Source of the DNA: the human T2T-CHM13v2.0 reference genome, Homo sapiens | Assembly (NCBI RefSeq): GCF_009914755.1 | Contig: NC_060926.1 | Direction: 5' to 3' (one strand) | Length of the DNA: 64,000 nt | Shown here: piece after piece, positions 43,711 through 64,000 of the stretch | Numbering within the stretch: the stretch's first letter is position 1 | How the letters are laid out: every line of letters starts with the position of its first letter | The notes under the pieces: model-generated | Seen by the model: only the letters and a program-made list of their open reading frames with translations | What the model was told of the DNA's origin: nothing | Databases searched by the model: none | Translations under genes and position numbers: made by a program

Positions 43711-44169
43711 GTAAGTGTTGGTGACACGGAAATTCTGGGCTTCTTCACCGCCAGCCCCTCCCTTCACTGCCTCTTCTGTGGTTCCCAAGAAAACCTTCTC
43801 TGCCTGAGACCCTGTCATTTCATTGTGTTGATAAAAAAACAAAGGGAGCTGTCCACGGTCTTCTGGCATGAGACACCATCCGCAGGATGAGCACAGGTCC
43901 AAGTCAGTTCTATCCCCTTGGATGTTATGCCAAGTGCAGTGTGATCCCAGCACTGAAGCCCACAAGAAAAATATGAATTCTTTTATTGCATCATCTCATC
44001 AGAACTAAAATGGCTAACCAATGTGTCACTAGCTCCTCACAGGTAATAAACAGTAATAGAAACACAAGCAGGAACCTTGTCTAATGAGCTGATGGGGGAG
44101 TGGTGTGGAATAAGCAAGCCCAAGGAATACTTAGGAGGCGGCAACAACCACAGGAATAAAAAGAGTCAA

Positions 44170-44390
44170 CATTCACTGGGCACTTACCGTGCCCTGATTG
44201 AAGCACTTTAACATATATTATTTAATCACATAAAAACCTTCATGAGGTAGATGTTATTATCTTCATTTTACAACAGAATAGAAGCACAGAGAGTGAAATT
44301 AACCTGCCCAAAATCACACAGCTAAGAGCCACTTTCAAACCCAGGCAGTTTGTTCTAAAGCCTGAGCCCTTGACCACTGCACTACGTTGT
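44170..44390. mobile_element. MIR
   Basis: aacattcactgggcacttac...tgaggtagatgttattat...aacctgcccaaaatcacacagcta...tttcaaacccaggcagt. Confidence 0.75.
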
Positions 44391-47129
44391 CTCTTAATCT
44401 TAGAAACTAGCATCAGATTGCCTAGTTTGGTAGAGGTAAGGAAGCAGGAAAATGCAACAATGAAGCTAGGTTCACCTAACTGAGCAATTACGAGAATGAT
44501 AGTCCCACTGATAGATTAAAAAACCTTTTTGAGGAAGATGACAGTTGTGAATATGGATGTAGGTATTATCAGAACACTTGATTTCAAGAGCATGCTCTTA
44601 ATTCTGGGGGAAATAAATTCTGTGTAGTCATAGGCTATTAGAATCGCGGGTTAGAGAGAAAGGCCTTGGGTAGGTTTATAATCAGCTGGTCTACAATTTG
44701 ACTTCCAAGAGGACTGACTTATAGAGACTTCTACCTGCTTCTTAATAATTGAGTCAAATAGCATCCTGGCATCTAAGGCATTTCCCATCTTCTCTCTCCT
44801 TCTGCTTTCATACTGTCTCTGGAAAGCAACAAAGGACAAGGCTTAGACTGAGCCTTCTGTGTCTGTGAAGGTTAGTCTGAGCCCAGAGCACCAACATTGT
44901 TTGCAGGGGCTCTCTTGTGGTTAAGACTGCAAGCCAGCACCTGCACCTCCCGACTCCTGGTCTAGGATCATGACCCCAGTACATCACTGTTGCTTTCACG
45001 AGGAAATGAAAGAAAGAGATGGCTTGCTTGCTGTCTGCCTTATTTCCTTCCTATGGACATTCCATTGAACATTTACTGGGTATGTCCTGTATGACAGGCG
45101 TTATGCTGTGTCCCATGGAAACAAAGAGGAGTACACTAGTCCCTCCCTCAAGGATCTCAGTCTCATCACCTGCAGGTCTCTGCCTCTGCAGGACTCTAAA
45201 GCTCTTCTGCACTTTTTTGGAGGGAAAGGTCCGATAAGAGTCCATGCCATGCAGGTTAAAGGGTTGAGATTTGAAATGTTCAGAACCCAGCTTGATCTGT
45301 GACCCAGTTCTTCTGACTGTCTTTCCTGGCATATTGAGCAGTGAGAAGAAGTCTCCAGTGAAGTGTGTTCCCAAACTTGACATGTATCACCAAGGGACAA
45401 ATTGCCAGGGACTGAGAGAGGGAGGCTCTGGGTTTCTTAGCTTGGTGGAGTTGACTCCCAGTCCTGGCTCTCCCCGCCACCACCTTGTGCTTCCAGAGGC
45501 CAGTCTCCCTTAGTGTCAGTGTATCTGCCCCTCAGGGTGATGGGCTTGCCCTCTGCCGGGTTACTGAACTGCTGGGGACCAAACTTTGAGTTCGTTCTTT
45601 TGTGCAACCACCTTTAATGTGATGCCTGTGCATACACACATCATACACACATACACACCAGAAACACATGTAGCCCTAAACACCATGCTTTCAATGCCCT
45701 CCTTCCTATTAAAAGGTGCTCTGGTGATGGACTTCTTGGGTGTCCTGCACCGTGAACACTCGGCCGGTCCCCCCCATCTCATGTCTGTGTGTCTTAGCAT
45801 GCGGTGGACTCACACCCTGCCTGCATTTCCAGGTGTGGTAACCAAACAATGTTCCATCTCCACTGGTGTCACATTTTTTTTTCTTTAATCTCACAATTCT
45901 TTCTGCCATTGTCTTCCTCTCCATGTTCTCTCTGTGACTCTCACTCACCCCATTGTATCTGTGTCCTCCTCAGCAAGCGCACATGTGACATGTCCCCCTG
46001 CACACATGCCGTCTTTGTGTTGGTCTCTTGGTCAGTCTGATGCTGTGGCATGCTCTTGTGTGGACTCCTTCATCCTCCTCCCTCTGTTCTCTGATACCTT
46101 AGAGTTTTTAGTGGTCCCAACTGAGGGTCACGTAGCTCTTTCCACCCCCACACTGGATTTCTTGGTCACCTGGGACAACGTCCCCACTTTTTCGCCTTAG
46201 TCTGTCATTCATACCCTTATGAGGTGATTCCTGAGAGACCAAGACTCTATTCTCAGTATAGGTCCACCATGCCTTCAGGGTATGTGTAGGAATAGAGTGG
46301 GCACAGTGATCTCATACTTCCTTAGCAGTGAGGGAGACCATGGCAGAGTCAACATGTCTACATTCACAAACAGGCACACCTAAGCTAGGCATCTAAGAAT
46401 GGGTGAGTATAGTTGTTTTCAGTAGAGCTGACATTCTTGTTCCCAGGCAAGACCTCAAGTGGTAGACCATCCATTTCAGTAGGGATCAGTGAAATCTTGG
46501 TCCAATGGAAGGATCAGCCATTCCTTGGAACTGGGTGCTAGGGAACTTGTCTTCATGCTTGCGTTCAAGTCGAGCTCCCTTTCCAGCTCTCATTTCACCC
46601 CTCATTAGTCCCCCACGGGGGCCTGTTACTTATCAGTCAGCCAGGGAGCTGAGGCCCAGGTTTGCCGCATGCCAGCCACTTCCTAATCCCCGGGGTAGCA
46701 AGAGTGATCTCCCCAGCCCATGGATGTCCTGGGTGATGGTCTCCTGCCGATACTGAGAGGGGCTGGGGGTGCAGCTGCTCCACTAAAGACATAGATGGAG
46801 GGTAGCGCTGTGGAGGGGCAGAGATGACTCAGAAAGGTAGCCCAGCAGACCCTTGCTTCCATGAAATGTGTTATGCTTCTAGCCTCTTCCACCCCTGAGG
46901 TCTCATTGACCCTGCCATCCTGTGACACTGGGTGGGACAGGGTATGATCGTGCTGTGCCTTCATTTCCTCATCTGTGAAGTTGCGGTAACCATGGACTGC
47001 CCTGTAGGGTGGTGGTGAGGTTTAACTGAGATAATGGTGCCTGGTGTGTGGTCAGGGCTGAGACCTTAGCATTCTTAGTGCTCACCATTCTGTATTAGCC
47101 ATCTTCCTCCTAATTGTTGTCCGTTCTGA

Positions 47130-47591
<462 letters not shown>

Positions 47592-47852
47592 TGATTGCTT
47601 AAAGTCCTGAAGTCCTGGAGAGGACCATGTTGGGGAGTAGGCCTGGCCTTGCACAGTCAAATGGAGTAGCCAACAGTGAGTTAAGAGCATCAGGAGCCAA
47701 GGCCAGGGCAGGATGGAAGCTCTTTTCACCTCAGGGCAGCTTTTAGAGCCAAGCTAGGGCCTGCCACCTACAATGACACAAGCTCTCTTGGAAAAAGTTC
47801 TTTGAGAGTTCCGTTGACAAGTCTTCTGGGGAACTGAGGAGCTCAGTGGTGA

Positions 47853-48134
<282 letters not shown>

Positions 48135-48929
48135 TAATCCTGCATTAGTAACTCTGTGCATTTGGTAGGCAGACTCTGGGCAGAGACCATCCAGGACTGG
48201 GTGGAGGGAAACACCGAGGAAGGAGGAGGGCGGACTCCACGCCTTAAGATCACTCACAATCTGGGGAGACAAAATGAGTCTACAAAAGCATAATAATTTC
48301 AGGAAAGATACATTAGAGCAGAAGAAAAGTAATATTTTTGGAGTTAGGCCATGAAGGAAGTGAGAGGTGTGAATTGAGGCTTTTCTTGCACGGTCCATGG
48401 CTCAGTGCTTACTCTTTGAAAGAGCCATGCCAGAACCTTGTCACATAAGGTAGCTTGCTGACTCGTCACCAGCTTGGGACATAGGGGATATTATTCCCAT
48501 GGCCCTGGTGAGGAAACGGAGGCTCAGAGACTAAGCAACTTGCTCACATCACACAATTTATTAGCAGAAGTAGGATTTGAACCTTGACTCTCGCGTCCTC
48601 AGTTCCTTCCTGTTTCCTGCCGTGCCACCCGCAAACAGCGCACTCAGATGATGATGCTAAGTGGCACGGGGAGTAGCATATAACACAGGGAGGTGGAAAT
48701 GTATTCTGGTGGCCTGAGAAGTGTGTCCAGTTTTATAAGCCGGTCCAGCCTGCTTGCACGGTTGGGCAACCGTGAACTACTAGGCAGGGATATTGCATGG
48801 ACAATATTTTAAAATAGTGTTTTACTGTTTGTGTGGAATGTATTATTAATAAATTCCCATTGTAGAAAAATTAGAAGAATATAAGTAAAGTATAAGAAAA
48901 TAAACCTAGGACATAACAAATTGGTCATT

Positions 48930-49640
48930 GAAGGGATCCCAATGAGAAACTATGAGAATTGGAAATAAGATCAGGGCTGCAGTGGGAATGAAGAGGAGAA
49001 TGACTTTAATATATCAAGGAGGAATGATTTATTGGATGTAGTGACCAGAAGCAGCTGGGAGGGCAGTGATAGCATTCACTGAGATGGGGATACAAGAGGG
49101 AGGATAAGGTTGGAGGTAGAAATGGAGCCTGAGCTGGGGACACCTTAACTCGAGGTGCCCGTGGCAAATTGACACGAAGCTGTCCACCTGTTGGACATTC
49201 TCACTGACAGTTGGGGAATAGGTCTAGACTGAGCATTTAGATGTGGGTTTTGTCAGGATCTAAGCAATTAAAGCTATAAAGTCAATGTCATTCTCCAGGG
49301 TAAGTACATTGAGTATGAAGAGAAAAAAGTCAAAGATAACACCATGAGGGTGGGTACCAACATCCAAGGGTGGGCCTGCCAAGGCAATGAGAGGGAAGCA
49401 CTCACAGGTAGGAGGAAAAGTAGCAAAGAATGGCACCATGGAAGCCAAAAGAGTAGATAATTTTTAACAGTTTTAAAAAGAAGTGGTGCCAAATGCTTTC
49501 CAACAGGTTATTTAAGATAAGACACGAAACATGGGGTTGGATTTAACAACAAGGAGGTCACTAGGAACCTCAGCAGGAGCTGTCTTAGTGGGACAGTGGG
49601 ATGGAGCCCAAGTGCTGTAGGCTAAAGTGCTAATAGAGGG
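48930..49640. mobile_element. L2 remnant
   Basis: cattcactgagatgggg...ggtctagactgag...atttagatgtgg...ttggatttaacaacaaggaggtcact. Confidence 0.6.
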
Positions 49641-50819
49641 AGATGTTTTTTCAGAATGTTTTAGTCAGGAAAAAGACAGTGGCAAAGGAGAGATGGATGA
49701 GGCAGAAGGGAGAGGGGACTGACTGTTGATACAGCAGGGAAGGGGAGGCGAGCGGGGATGGGCCTTGGGGAGAATGATGGACACCGCCTTCCCCAGATGG
49801 AGGGCAAGCCTGGCTACCAGGCCTGGGTGCAGATGCATCTCGGGTGTCAGGGATAGAAATCCAGGAGGAGGTGAGTGGACAAAGTCATCATTTAAGTTTT
49901 GAATCTGTTGAGGGCATTGCAAGGAGATTCCCCTTATTTTCTGAAAGAGGAAGTCTTTTTTGAAGTAGGAGGGAGAAGTGGGGGTGTGAGAGGCACGAGG
50001 AGGGTGGTGAGGGCTGGAAATAGCAATTGTGGGGACAGAACACAATCCAGCCACTGGACATGAGGAGGTGCTGACTGTGGACATGCCCAGCATCCTGTGA
50101 GCTTCCCGGCACCCCTGGAGGTGGGGGCGGAGCCATTCCACTTCCCCGTTGGAGTATTCTTTCTAGTGTGTGACCCTGAACAAAATGGGGCCTGCCTGGA
50201 ATCCTGTAGGTGAGGTGAAGAGAGCAGAAGAGGAAGAAGGGAGGGGAGCAGGAGTCTCGAGTGTCTAGCAGAGGAGTGATGTGCTTTTGGAAAGATTAGT
50301 GTGGTTGCCGGGAAGCAGGGCCTGCTTTGGAGGGAACCCTGATGAGCTGATGTCTGTTTTTTTTTTTGTAAATATATTAATTATTGATCTATCTAGTGAA
50401 CCTAAATGAAGATACTATCATCATAAATATTGATATTTTAAGAAAGCAGCCCAGACACCCAGACATCACTGTGAGGGCTGTGGGTCCCCAATGACCCTGG
50501 AAGAAGGAGGGGCAGGGACAGTGTATTCAGCTCTTGTTGGGCAGGAAATGCTCTTGCCCCTGCTCAAGGAAAGAAGGGGCAGAATTAGGATGCCTGGAGC
50601 AAGGGTATCTGTCCATGGGAGCCCAGGAACCCGGAGGGAATCAGGCCGCATGAGGGCTAGAAGACGAAGGCTGAGACCTGAAGCTCCCCAGCCAAAGTGT
50701 GCAGACTTTTACTCTTCTGTGGCTCTGATGTTATTACTTGGCCTTTTTTTCCCCTTGCTGCTGTTCTGTGACCCTCTCCTTCTCCCTCTCCCTCTCTCTT
50801 TGTCTTCCTCTCTCTTTAA

Positions 50820-51125
50820 TTAAGAAACCTTATTTTTTTAAGAGCATTTTTAGGTTCACAGCAAAATTGAGCAGAAAGTACAGAGAGTCCCTGTATTATG
50901 TGCCCCCCAACACACATGGCCTCCCCCCACCAGCATCCCCACCACAGCAGCACACGTGCACAGCCACGGAACCTGCACAGCACATCATTATCACTCACAG
51001 TCTGTGGTTTACCTTGGGATCCACTCATGGTGTTGAGCATTCTGTGGATTTGGACAAATGGACAGTGCTCGTTATCTACCATGATAGTATCATACAGATT
51101 AGCTGGATGGCCCTGGAAAATTGCC
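50820..51125 (-). mobile_element. L1MC-like 3' end fragment
   Basis: ttttaggttcacagcaaaattgagcagaaagtacagag...; same family as the end at 57440. Confidence 0.8.
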
Positions 51126-53337
51126 TGCTTCCACTTATCTCTTTAGATCCTTTCTCCTCCTTAAGGCTTCTTGGCCCTGTAGACTCCTTACCCTGTGGAG
51201 AGGGGTCATGGCCAGAAGAGGCCAGCATGGGCCCAAGGCAGGGGCTGCTTGTGCCCAGGTCTAAGCCTGGTTCTGCTACTATGATTACTAAGAAAAAGAA
51301 ATCAAGACTTAGTGACCTGCAAGCATCCCCGAGCAAGTCCCTATGAAGCTGGCTCTTGCACCCATGCAGCCTGGCCCTGTTCCTGGCTTTGGCAGGTGCC
51401 CTATGCCACCCTTTGCTGCTTAGGAAGACTCAGCCAGGCTTTCTGTCTTGCTGGACCATGCTAGCAGGGCCTGCTAGGCTGGAGCTCTGGTCCCCTGGTC
51501 CTGGCTGGAGATCATCTATTTGGCCTGCTGCCCTATGGCTTCAGCTTTTTTGCCATTCCCGTTCCCATTCCTGGAAATAGATTACAGTATTTTCAGCAAA
51601 ACAGGTTTCTTCAGAGCTTGGGTCTACGAGGAGGGATCCATGAGACTGTCCTGGTCACTCTTTCTCCAGTCTAAAACTGTCTGAGCCACACAGGTTCAAG
51701 CATTGTGTGTGTACCCTTCTGGGGACTGTCCCTTTGTCAGCCAGGTAGAGGGAGCATAATTATGTCTGCTTTTATGACAAGGAAATGGAAATCTGGAAAG
51801 AGTGGGTGCATGCAGGGCATACAACCAGGAACTGTGGGGCAACCAGCCCTTGTCCTTTGCAGCCCACAGCCACAGAGGGGCCAGACCCTTGCAGGATGCT
51901 CACACGATCATTGGGTAACTGAGATCCTTAACCGAGGGCAGAAAAATGCTGGCACAAAGTGAGCAGGCAAAATAGTTCATTTCTTTCTTTCATTTTGTGA
52001 CTCAAGTGCCTGCTGCGTCTGAGTCTCTCCAGACTCATTCGTGGGTCTGTCCGAGCCCCTCAACCACTATTAAACAGTCCAGAAATCAGCTTCCCAGGTT
52101 CCAGGAGCAGCATCGCTAGTCTCGGGCATTTGTAGCCTTTTCATTCTGCACTTTGTTGGAACAGTGCTGCCTTCTCCAATCTCAGGTTCACTGGCACCAT
52201 GGGCCTCTCTGGGGCCCTTTTCCACCTGTTTTATTTTCCCATTGACACATGGAGTCAGTGGCCCCTGGAGGCAGAGACACCCAATACCCTTTGATTGCAG
52301 TTTCCTTCTCTAGAGAAGATCCAGTTCTCACCTGCCCCCGTCCCATCCCCCACACTCATGTCTCAGCACAGCTGCTCTGAAGTCATCGGGCACCAAGGGG
52401 CAACTTCACAGGAAAGCCAGACCTCCTGACGGAGCCTGCAGTTGGGCCTGCGGGGGCCTGTGGAAGCGGAAGCCCTGCTTTTTCTCATCCCCATCTGGGG
52501 TGAATGCTCTGCACCTGCTGTCCTCCAGGACAGGGGACGAGGCACAGGGAGGAAGGTGTACTCCACGAAGACCTGGCCTGGAGATTCCTAAAGAATCTTC
52601 TTCCTCGCTCCTGCCTCTCTCTGACACACATCTTAATAACTGCTCTGATCTGCGGCTGTTTTCAGGGGCCAAGGGGACAGGGTGTCCCCTCCTCTCCAGT
52701 AAGTAGTAAACAGGAGTGGTGGCCTGAAGAGATCACAGGCTAGGATTTGGAGGAGCTGTCCTGGTTTGGGTACTGCCTAGCTGGGAGGTTGCAAGCAGGT
52801 CACCCTGGCTTAGTGCCCTTGGCTTTTAACCCCAACTGCCCTCTTCCCTTCTGAGGACAGTAATAAAAAATAAAAATGGAGTGATCTTAGCCACATACCT
52901 TGGGGTGGCTGTGCAGAGCCATAAAGATGAAAGAAAGGCCTGCCTGTCTCCCTCCTTCCTTCCTTTCCTTGTTTAAAAAAAAAAAAAAAGTATTTTGGAT
53001 ACTTAAAAACACTAAAAACATGCAGAATAATTTTTAATTTTCAACATTTCTGAAAATGTCAGTCCTTTACTATTTTTAACAGCTAGGCCCCTTGTCGTAA
53101 CTTCAACTTTTATTTTTAGAATTATAAAGAGCACAATACATAAATACATTCTCACTGTTCTTACTGTCAAAGATCCAAGCAAGACTGAAGTTAGATATAT
53201 ATTAAAAATATTAAAGGCTTTCTTTATATTCTCTTTCCACTTTCATCCTCAGACTTCTAAAAATGTGCTATGGGTCCTCTTACTTCTAAAAATGTCCTCT
53301 TTTTGTGTGCCTTTGCTGCACGGATACTCACACACAC

Positions 53338-53812
53338 TGCGTTAGAGTCTATTGCTACATAACAAATGACCCCAGGACATAGTGGTGTAAAACAACCAAT
53401 ACTTATTTTCTCAGAGTTTCCGCTGGTCAGAAATCTGGATGGAGCTTAGCTGGGTGCATCTGACTCTCATGAGGTTTCAGTCAAGCTGAGAGCTGGGGCT
53501 GTTGTCTCATCTGAAAACCCAACTGGAAGAGGATCCACTTCCAAGCTCGCCCACATGGCCACTGACCAGAAACATCAGTTCTCTGCCGTATGGGCCTCTC
53601 CACACAGTGACTGGCTTCCTTCAATGCAAACAAGAAAGTGAGAAAAGATGCCCCAGACACGAGGCAATGGGACATCTTATCGCTTTTGATGTTTTCTGTT
53701 CATTAGAAGAGAATCACTACGTCCAGTCCTCTCCAAGGGAGGGAGTTACATAAAAGCATGAACACTATGAGGCAGGGGCAATCAGGAGGCAGCTTAGGGG
53801 CTGCCTGGCACA
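53338..53812 (-). mobile_element. MaLR solo LTR (MLT1F-like)
   Basis: ctattgctacataacaaatgacccc...gcttagctggg...ggatccacttccaagctc...ggggctgcctggcaca. Confidence 0.75.
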
Positions 53813-53980
53813 CCTGCACCTCCCCATCCACATCCCCTTCGCCTCCTCACAAATGCAATCGTCTTGTCTATGGGGTCTACCCTGACCACTGGGTAGCTCT
53901 CAAGCTCTTGTCTCTCGTCTCTTACTTCCTCTGCTTTTTTTTCTAACATAGCACTTATCATCTTCTAATATTCTAAATTA

Positions 53981-54288
53981 CTTTCTTTTTTTTTTTTTTG
54001 AGATGGAGTCTCGCTCTGTTGCCCAGGCTGGAGTGCAGTGACATGATCTCGGCTCTCAGCTCACTGCAACTTTCACCTCCCAGGTTCAAGCAATTCTCCT
54101 GCCTCAGCCTCTGGAGTAGCTGGGACTATAGGTGCATGCCACCACACTAGGCTAATTTTTGTATTTTTAATAGAGACAGGGTTTCACCATGTTGGCCAGG
54201 CTGGTCTCAAACTCCTGACCTCAAGTGATCCGTCCTCCTCAGCCTCCCAAAGTGCTGGGATTACAGGTGTGAGCCACTGCACCCAGTC
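53981..54288 (-). mobile_element. Alu (AluS)
   Basis: TSD ctaaattactt. Confidence 0.92.
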
Positions 54289-54311
54289 TAAATTACTTGT
54301 ATAATGTTAGT

Positions 54312-54632
<321 letters not shown>

Positions 54633-55433
54633 CTTATAATGTTAATTTCTGTCTCTCCCAATCCAAATACAAGGTCCATGAGGACAGAGATTTTTTTTTG
54701 TCTGTTTTATTCTCTGTTTACCCAGCATCTAGAACAGTGCCTGCACACTGACATCCAATAAATATTTGTTAATTCAATCCTCCGTGCATAGTTATATAAT
54801 TTGCTTTTCTACAGTATGTCTTGGAGTATTTCCAAGGCAGTGTACAGACATCTACTTTACTTACTAGAAAGAGTCCACATTGTGGATGTTCCGTAGATTG
54901 TTTAAAATGTTGCCCTCTTGATGGATGTTTACTGGTTTGTGTGTTGTCGCCATTTTAATTTATGCTGTCACAGACATCCTCATACATACCTTTTCATGCA
55001 TATGTGTGAATAATTATGAAAGAAAGGCCCACAGAAATCAAACAATCACTTTAAACCCTTGTCTTTTTGTGGTTGAATTATACAAGGAGGGAATTACATA
55101 AGGGCACTTTTACTTGTTTGCTTTAAAGTCAAGCCATGTTAATGGACTGCTTTACCTTCCTTTTCATTGACGTTTAATTTGTGTGGCTTGCATGGTGAGC
55201 TTGGGATTCTAGTTCCCTGTTATCTATTGGGTCTGGTCTGAGAGGTGTCATTTATGCCACTGTAGTACTACTACTTTCCGTAGAGTTAGAATAACTGAAA
55301 AGCATGGTGTCCTGATTTGTGCAAGGCGTCGTGGTGAACCTGGAGATAAAACATTACTTTAGTTCTCTAGAAACTTGCACTGTGCTTGGTCATTGAACAT
55401 AATAAGTGAAATCATAGGCGATAATTCAGGCAT

Positions 55434-55684
55434 TGAGTCAGAAATAAGTGTGAGCAATTTACAGGCAAGAGAGGGCCTGGAAAGGGGTGTAGGGAGAAAG
55501 AATGCCACAGGAGTGCTTTGGTTGACTCAGAATCCTTTGCAGTAACATCCACAATGCCTGGGGACCATGAGAATGTCCCCTGTACACGTGGCAGATTGGC
55601 TGAAAATTCAGTCTGAGCTTTGATCTGAGGAATGCTGGGTAGCAGACAAGCAGCCGATCGTGGTCCCCGGAAAGCTCTGAGTCA
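55434..55684. promoter_or_regulatory. Candidate intronic enhancer: three AP-1 sites and an E-box
   Basis: TGAGTCA 55434, TGACTCA 55523, TGAGTCA 55678, CACGTG 55585, in apparently non-repeat DNA. Confidence 0.4.
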
Positions 55685-57434
55685 CGGTTCTGGTGTGATC
55701 AGGACTCCAAAATCTCTTTCTGGTGATGACATTTGGCCCAGCATGACCCCAGGGGGGCATCCCTCTTACCTCCTTTCTCCTCATTCTGCGTGAACGACTT
55801 TGCGGTCGTTCACTCTCACACCCCTGCCAACTTCCATTGCACAAGCACACAATTTCCCATTTGCAAATATTTGCTCTCTGTCTCTGAGCTTGGCATGACT
55901 GGAACCTGTTATGAAATCAAACCATTGCCCTGGCTCACCCTCAAGGGCCAAATTACCCCAACATAAAGAAATTCCTGCAGCATACATGGGCCTGGGCCCC
56001 TCCTTAGGAGTGGCTCTGTCACCATTCCCAGAAGGTTGTCTGCTTGCTTTGGAGGAATTCCCAGGAGCCTGGCCTGCCTTTTGCTTCAATCTCAGCTATA
56101 AAAAGGGTGGAAACATGGAAACCAAGTCTCTCCAAAGGACGGTAGGATGTGTGATAGAAGGTGAAAGTCAGAGTGCCTGAACCCCAGTGTGTCCCCAGAC
56201 AACACTGCTGCTGCTGCACCACCCAGCACATAGTAGGTCCTCAACAAATGTGTGGTGAATAGCTGGGTAGTAGTAGAAGAGCGCTTCTCTTTTTGTAAGA
56301 GCCCCTGGCAAAGCAGATCTATTTCTTCCCGGTACAACTTTATCCAAATGAAACCAGTGAAAGTGAGCACTGAGAGGCATTCTGGAAAGAGAAGCCTTAA
56401 AGGGCAGCCTAGGGCTGGGAGTGGATTGGCAGCAGGGGCTCACGGCCTTTGGCCTTGGTGCTCCCCAGTAGTGTTGTGAGGGGTGGGGGTGGGTGGTTCA
56501 TTTGGCCACATTAATGCAAATGCATCTCAGGTTTCTTTTGGTTCCAACAGGGACGCCCACTGTCCTTTGCTGGTCTGTGGCCTCCCAGTGACACCTGCAG
56601 CCTCCAGGAGCCCATCTTGCTCCCGTTATGGCTGCCCAGAGTAACTGGAGCTCCCCTTCCTCACCACTTTGCCCTGGCATTTCCAGACTTTTCAAAGCAC
56701 TTTCAAAGTCACTATCTCACATCGTGCATGCTAACTGATGTGTGATTGAGATTTTTTTTACATATTAAGATGAGTACATAACTCAGGGGAAATAGCAGAC
56801 TTTTTAAAAATAAAAGGCAAAGTCCTCAAAACCAAAACCAAAAAAAGATACCCCCTTTGCCGACCTGCCAGCCCAAGTTGTTTTGTCAGGACAGACAGGT
56901 CTGGCATTTCAACACCAGAGGGAGCTAGTGGTCAAGTTATGTAGACAAGTTAGTTGCCCTTCTCAAGAAATTCTCAACTTGGCTCTTTTATTCTCTTTTC
57001 CGTCACTTCACAGAGAGGCAGAAGACAGCTTTCATGGGTTTGGTGGGTGGAGCAGGTGTGGTGAATGAGCATCAAAGGGCAGCTGATGCAATGAGGCAGG
57101 GTAGTGGGGACAGAATTCTGGGCACAGTGCTGTTGCCTGGTCTCTGATCAGCCCGCGGATCAGAGTTATTAGTGATAACTCCATTAGTCAAGTCGGTGCC
57201 ATGGCCTGGCTGCGCTGGAGTTTTCTTGTTTGTTTTTGTCCTGAGAAAGCCACCCTGCCACCACCTCACCCCACCCCCACCTTTAGCCCAATGGGCATCT
57301 TGGGTTCAGTAGCTCAGTTGAACTGTCCAGGCTGGTCTGGGGGGGCTCTCTCCAGACAGGTGACCAGGTTATGTAGAGCATTACGGAGATCTGGCTGCTT
57401 ATCCTGCCTGGCTTCACTCCAGGAACAGTTTTGG

Positions 57435-63560
<6,126 letters not shown>

Positions 63561-64000
63561 CAGTCTGTTAGTAATGTGAGTAACGTGTGGAGGGAGGGAA
63601 AGAATTACATAGAGCTGTGATTAGGTGTTTTCATGAATTTGTGCCTTTGAGCTGTGAACCTCACAAGTGCTGTTCAGTCCTCCCCTGGCCTTAGATAGGA
63701 CAGGATGGCTAGAGTGGGCTGGAGTTGGGGATTTCCTTGTCCCCAGATCAGTCGGGGTCTGATAAAACCTCAATCTCTGATAAAAAAAAAACAACCCTCA
63801 ACCTCTGATAAAATAGTTTCTCCTAAGAGAAGCCCTCGTTAAGAAGAGCAGAGTGCTCTGGGCTATTTTAAAAAATGGTTCTCTCCCCACGTTCCCCACC
63901 CCCAACCCCCACACTGAAATCCTGAGATTTTCTCCATATTTACTATGAGAATCTAGTTGAGCTCCTGAAGAGCACGACTCTCAACTGAATGTACAAAAGT

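Noticed and set aside
49665-50141. 158-aa proline/serine-rich minus-strand ORF
   Set aside because: Consequence of a purine-rich plus strand; no splice or homology support.
50738-51346. Longest ORF in the track (202 aa)
   Set aside because: Non-ATG start, built from a CT-rich tract and an antisense L1MC 3'UTR; no recognisable domain.
56479-56497. G-rich run ggggtgggggtgggtgg as a G-quadruplex
   Set aside because: Only three full G tracts of three or more; such runs are common and there is no other support.

Overview
Human genomic DNA from inside PRKCE (protein kinase C epsilon, + strand); a human-specific AluYb8 supports the species call. Four coding exons with canonical AG/GT ends lie at 39760-39919, 42305-42339, 43625-43710 and 47877-48006 (exons 3-6 by my recollection of the gene model). 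They splice into one 411-nt open frame encoding the pseudosubstrate, C1A, the LKKQET actin-binding motif and the first part of C1B. The rest is intron: about 19 Alus, several old L1s (one about 6 kb), MaLR LTRs, hAT MERs, MIR/L2 remnants and microsatellites. Almost all ORF-track entries are repeat-derived or chance. I find no evidence of a new gene system. The most unusual items are: (1) an orphan retro-insertion with TSD, poly(A) and AATAAA nested in an L1 that has a twin-priming 5' inversion; (2) two short local duplications of non-repeat DNA; (3) a very young AluYb8; (4) phase-symmetric exon blocks that allow a chimeric C1 domain or a stop-free circle; (5) a donor-like site regenerated at the exon 5/6 junction. 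Repeat boundaries and subfamilies were judged by eye and are approximate.
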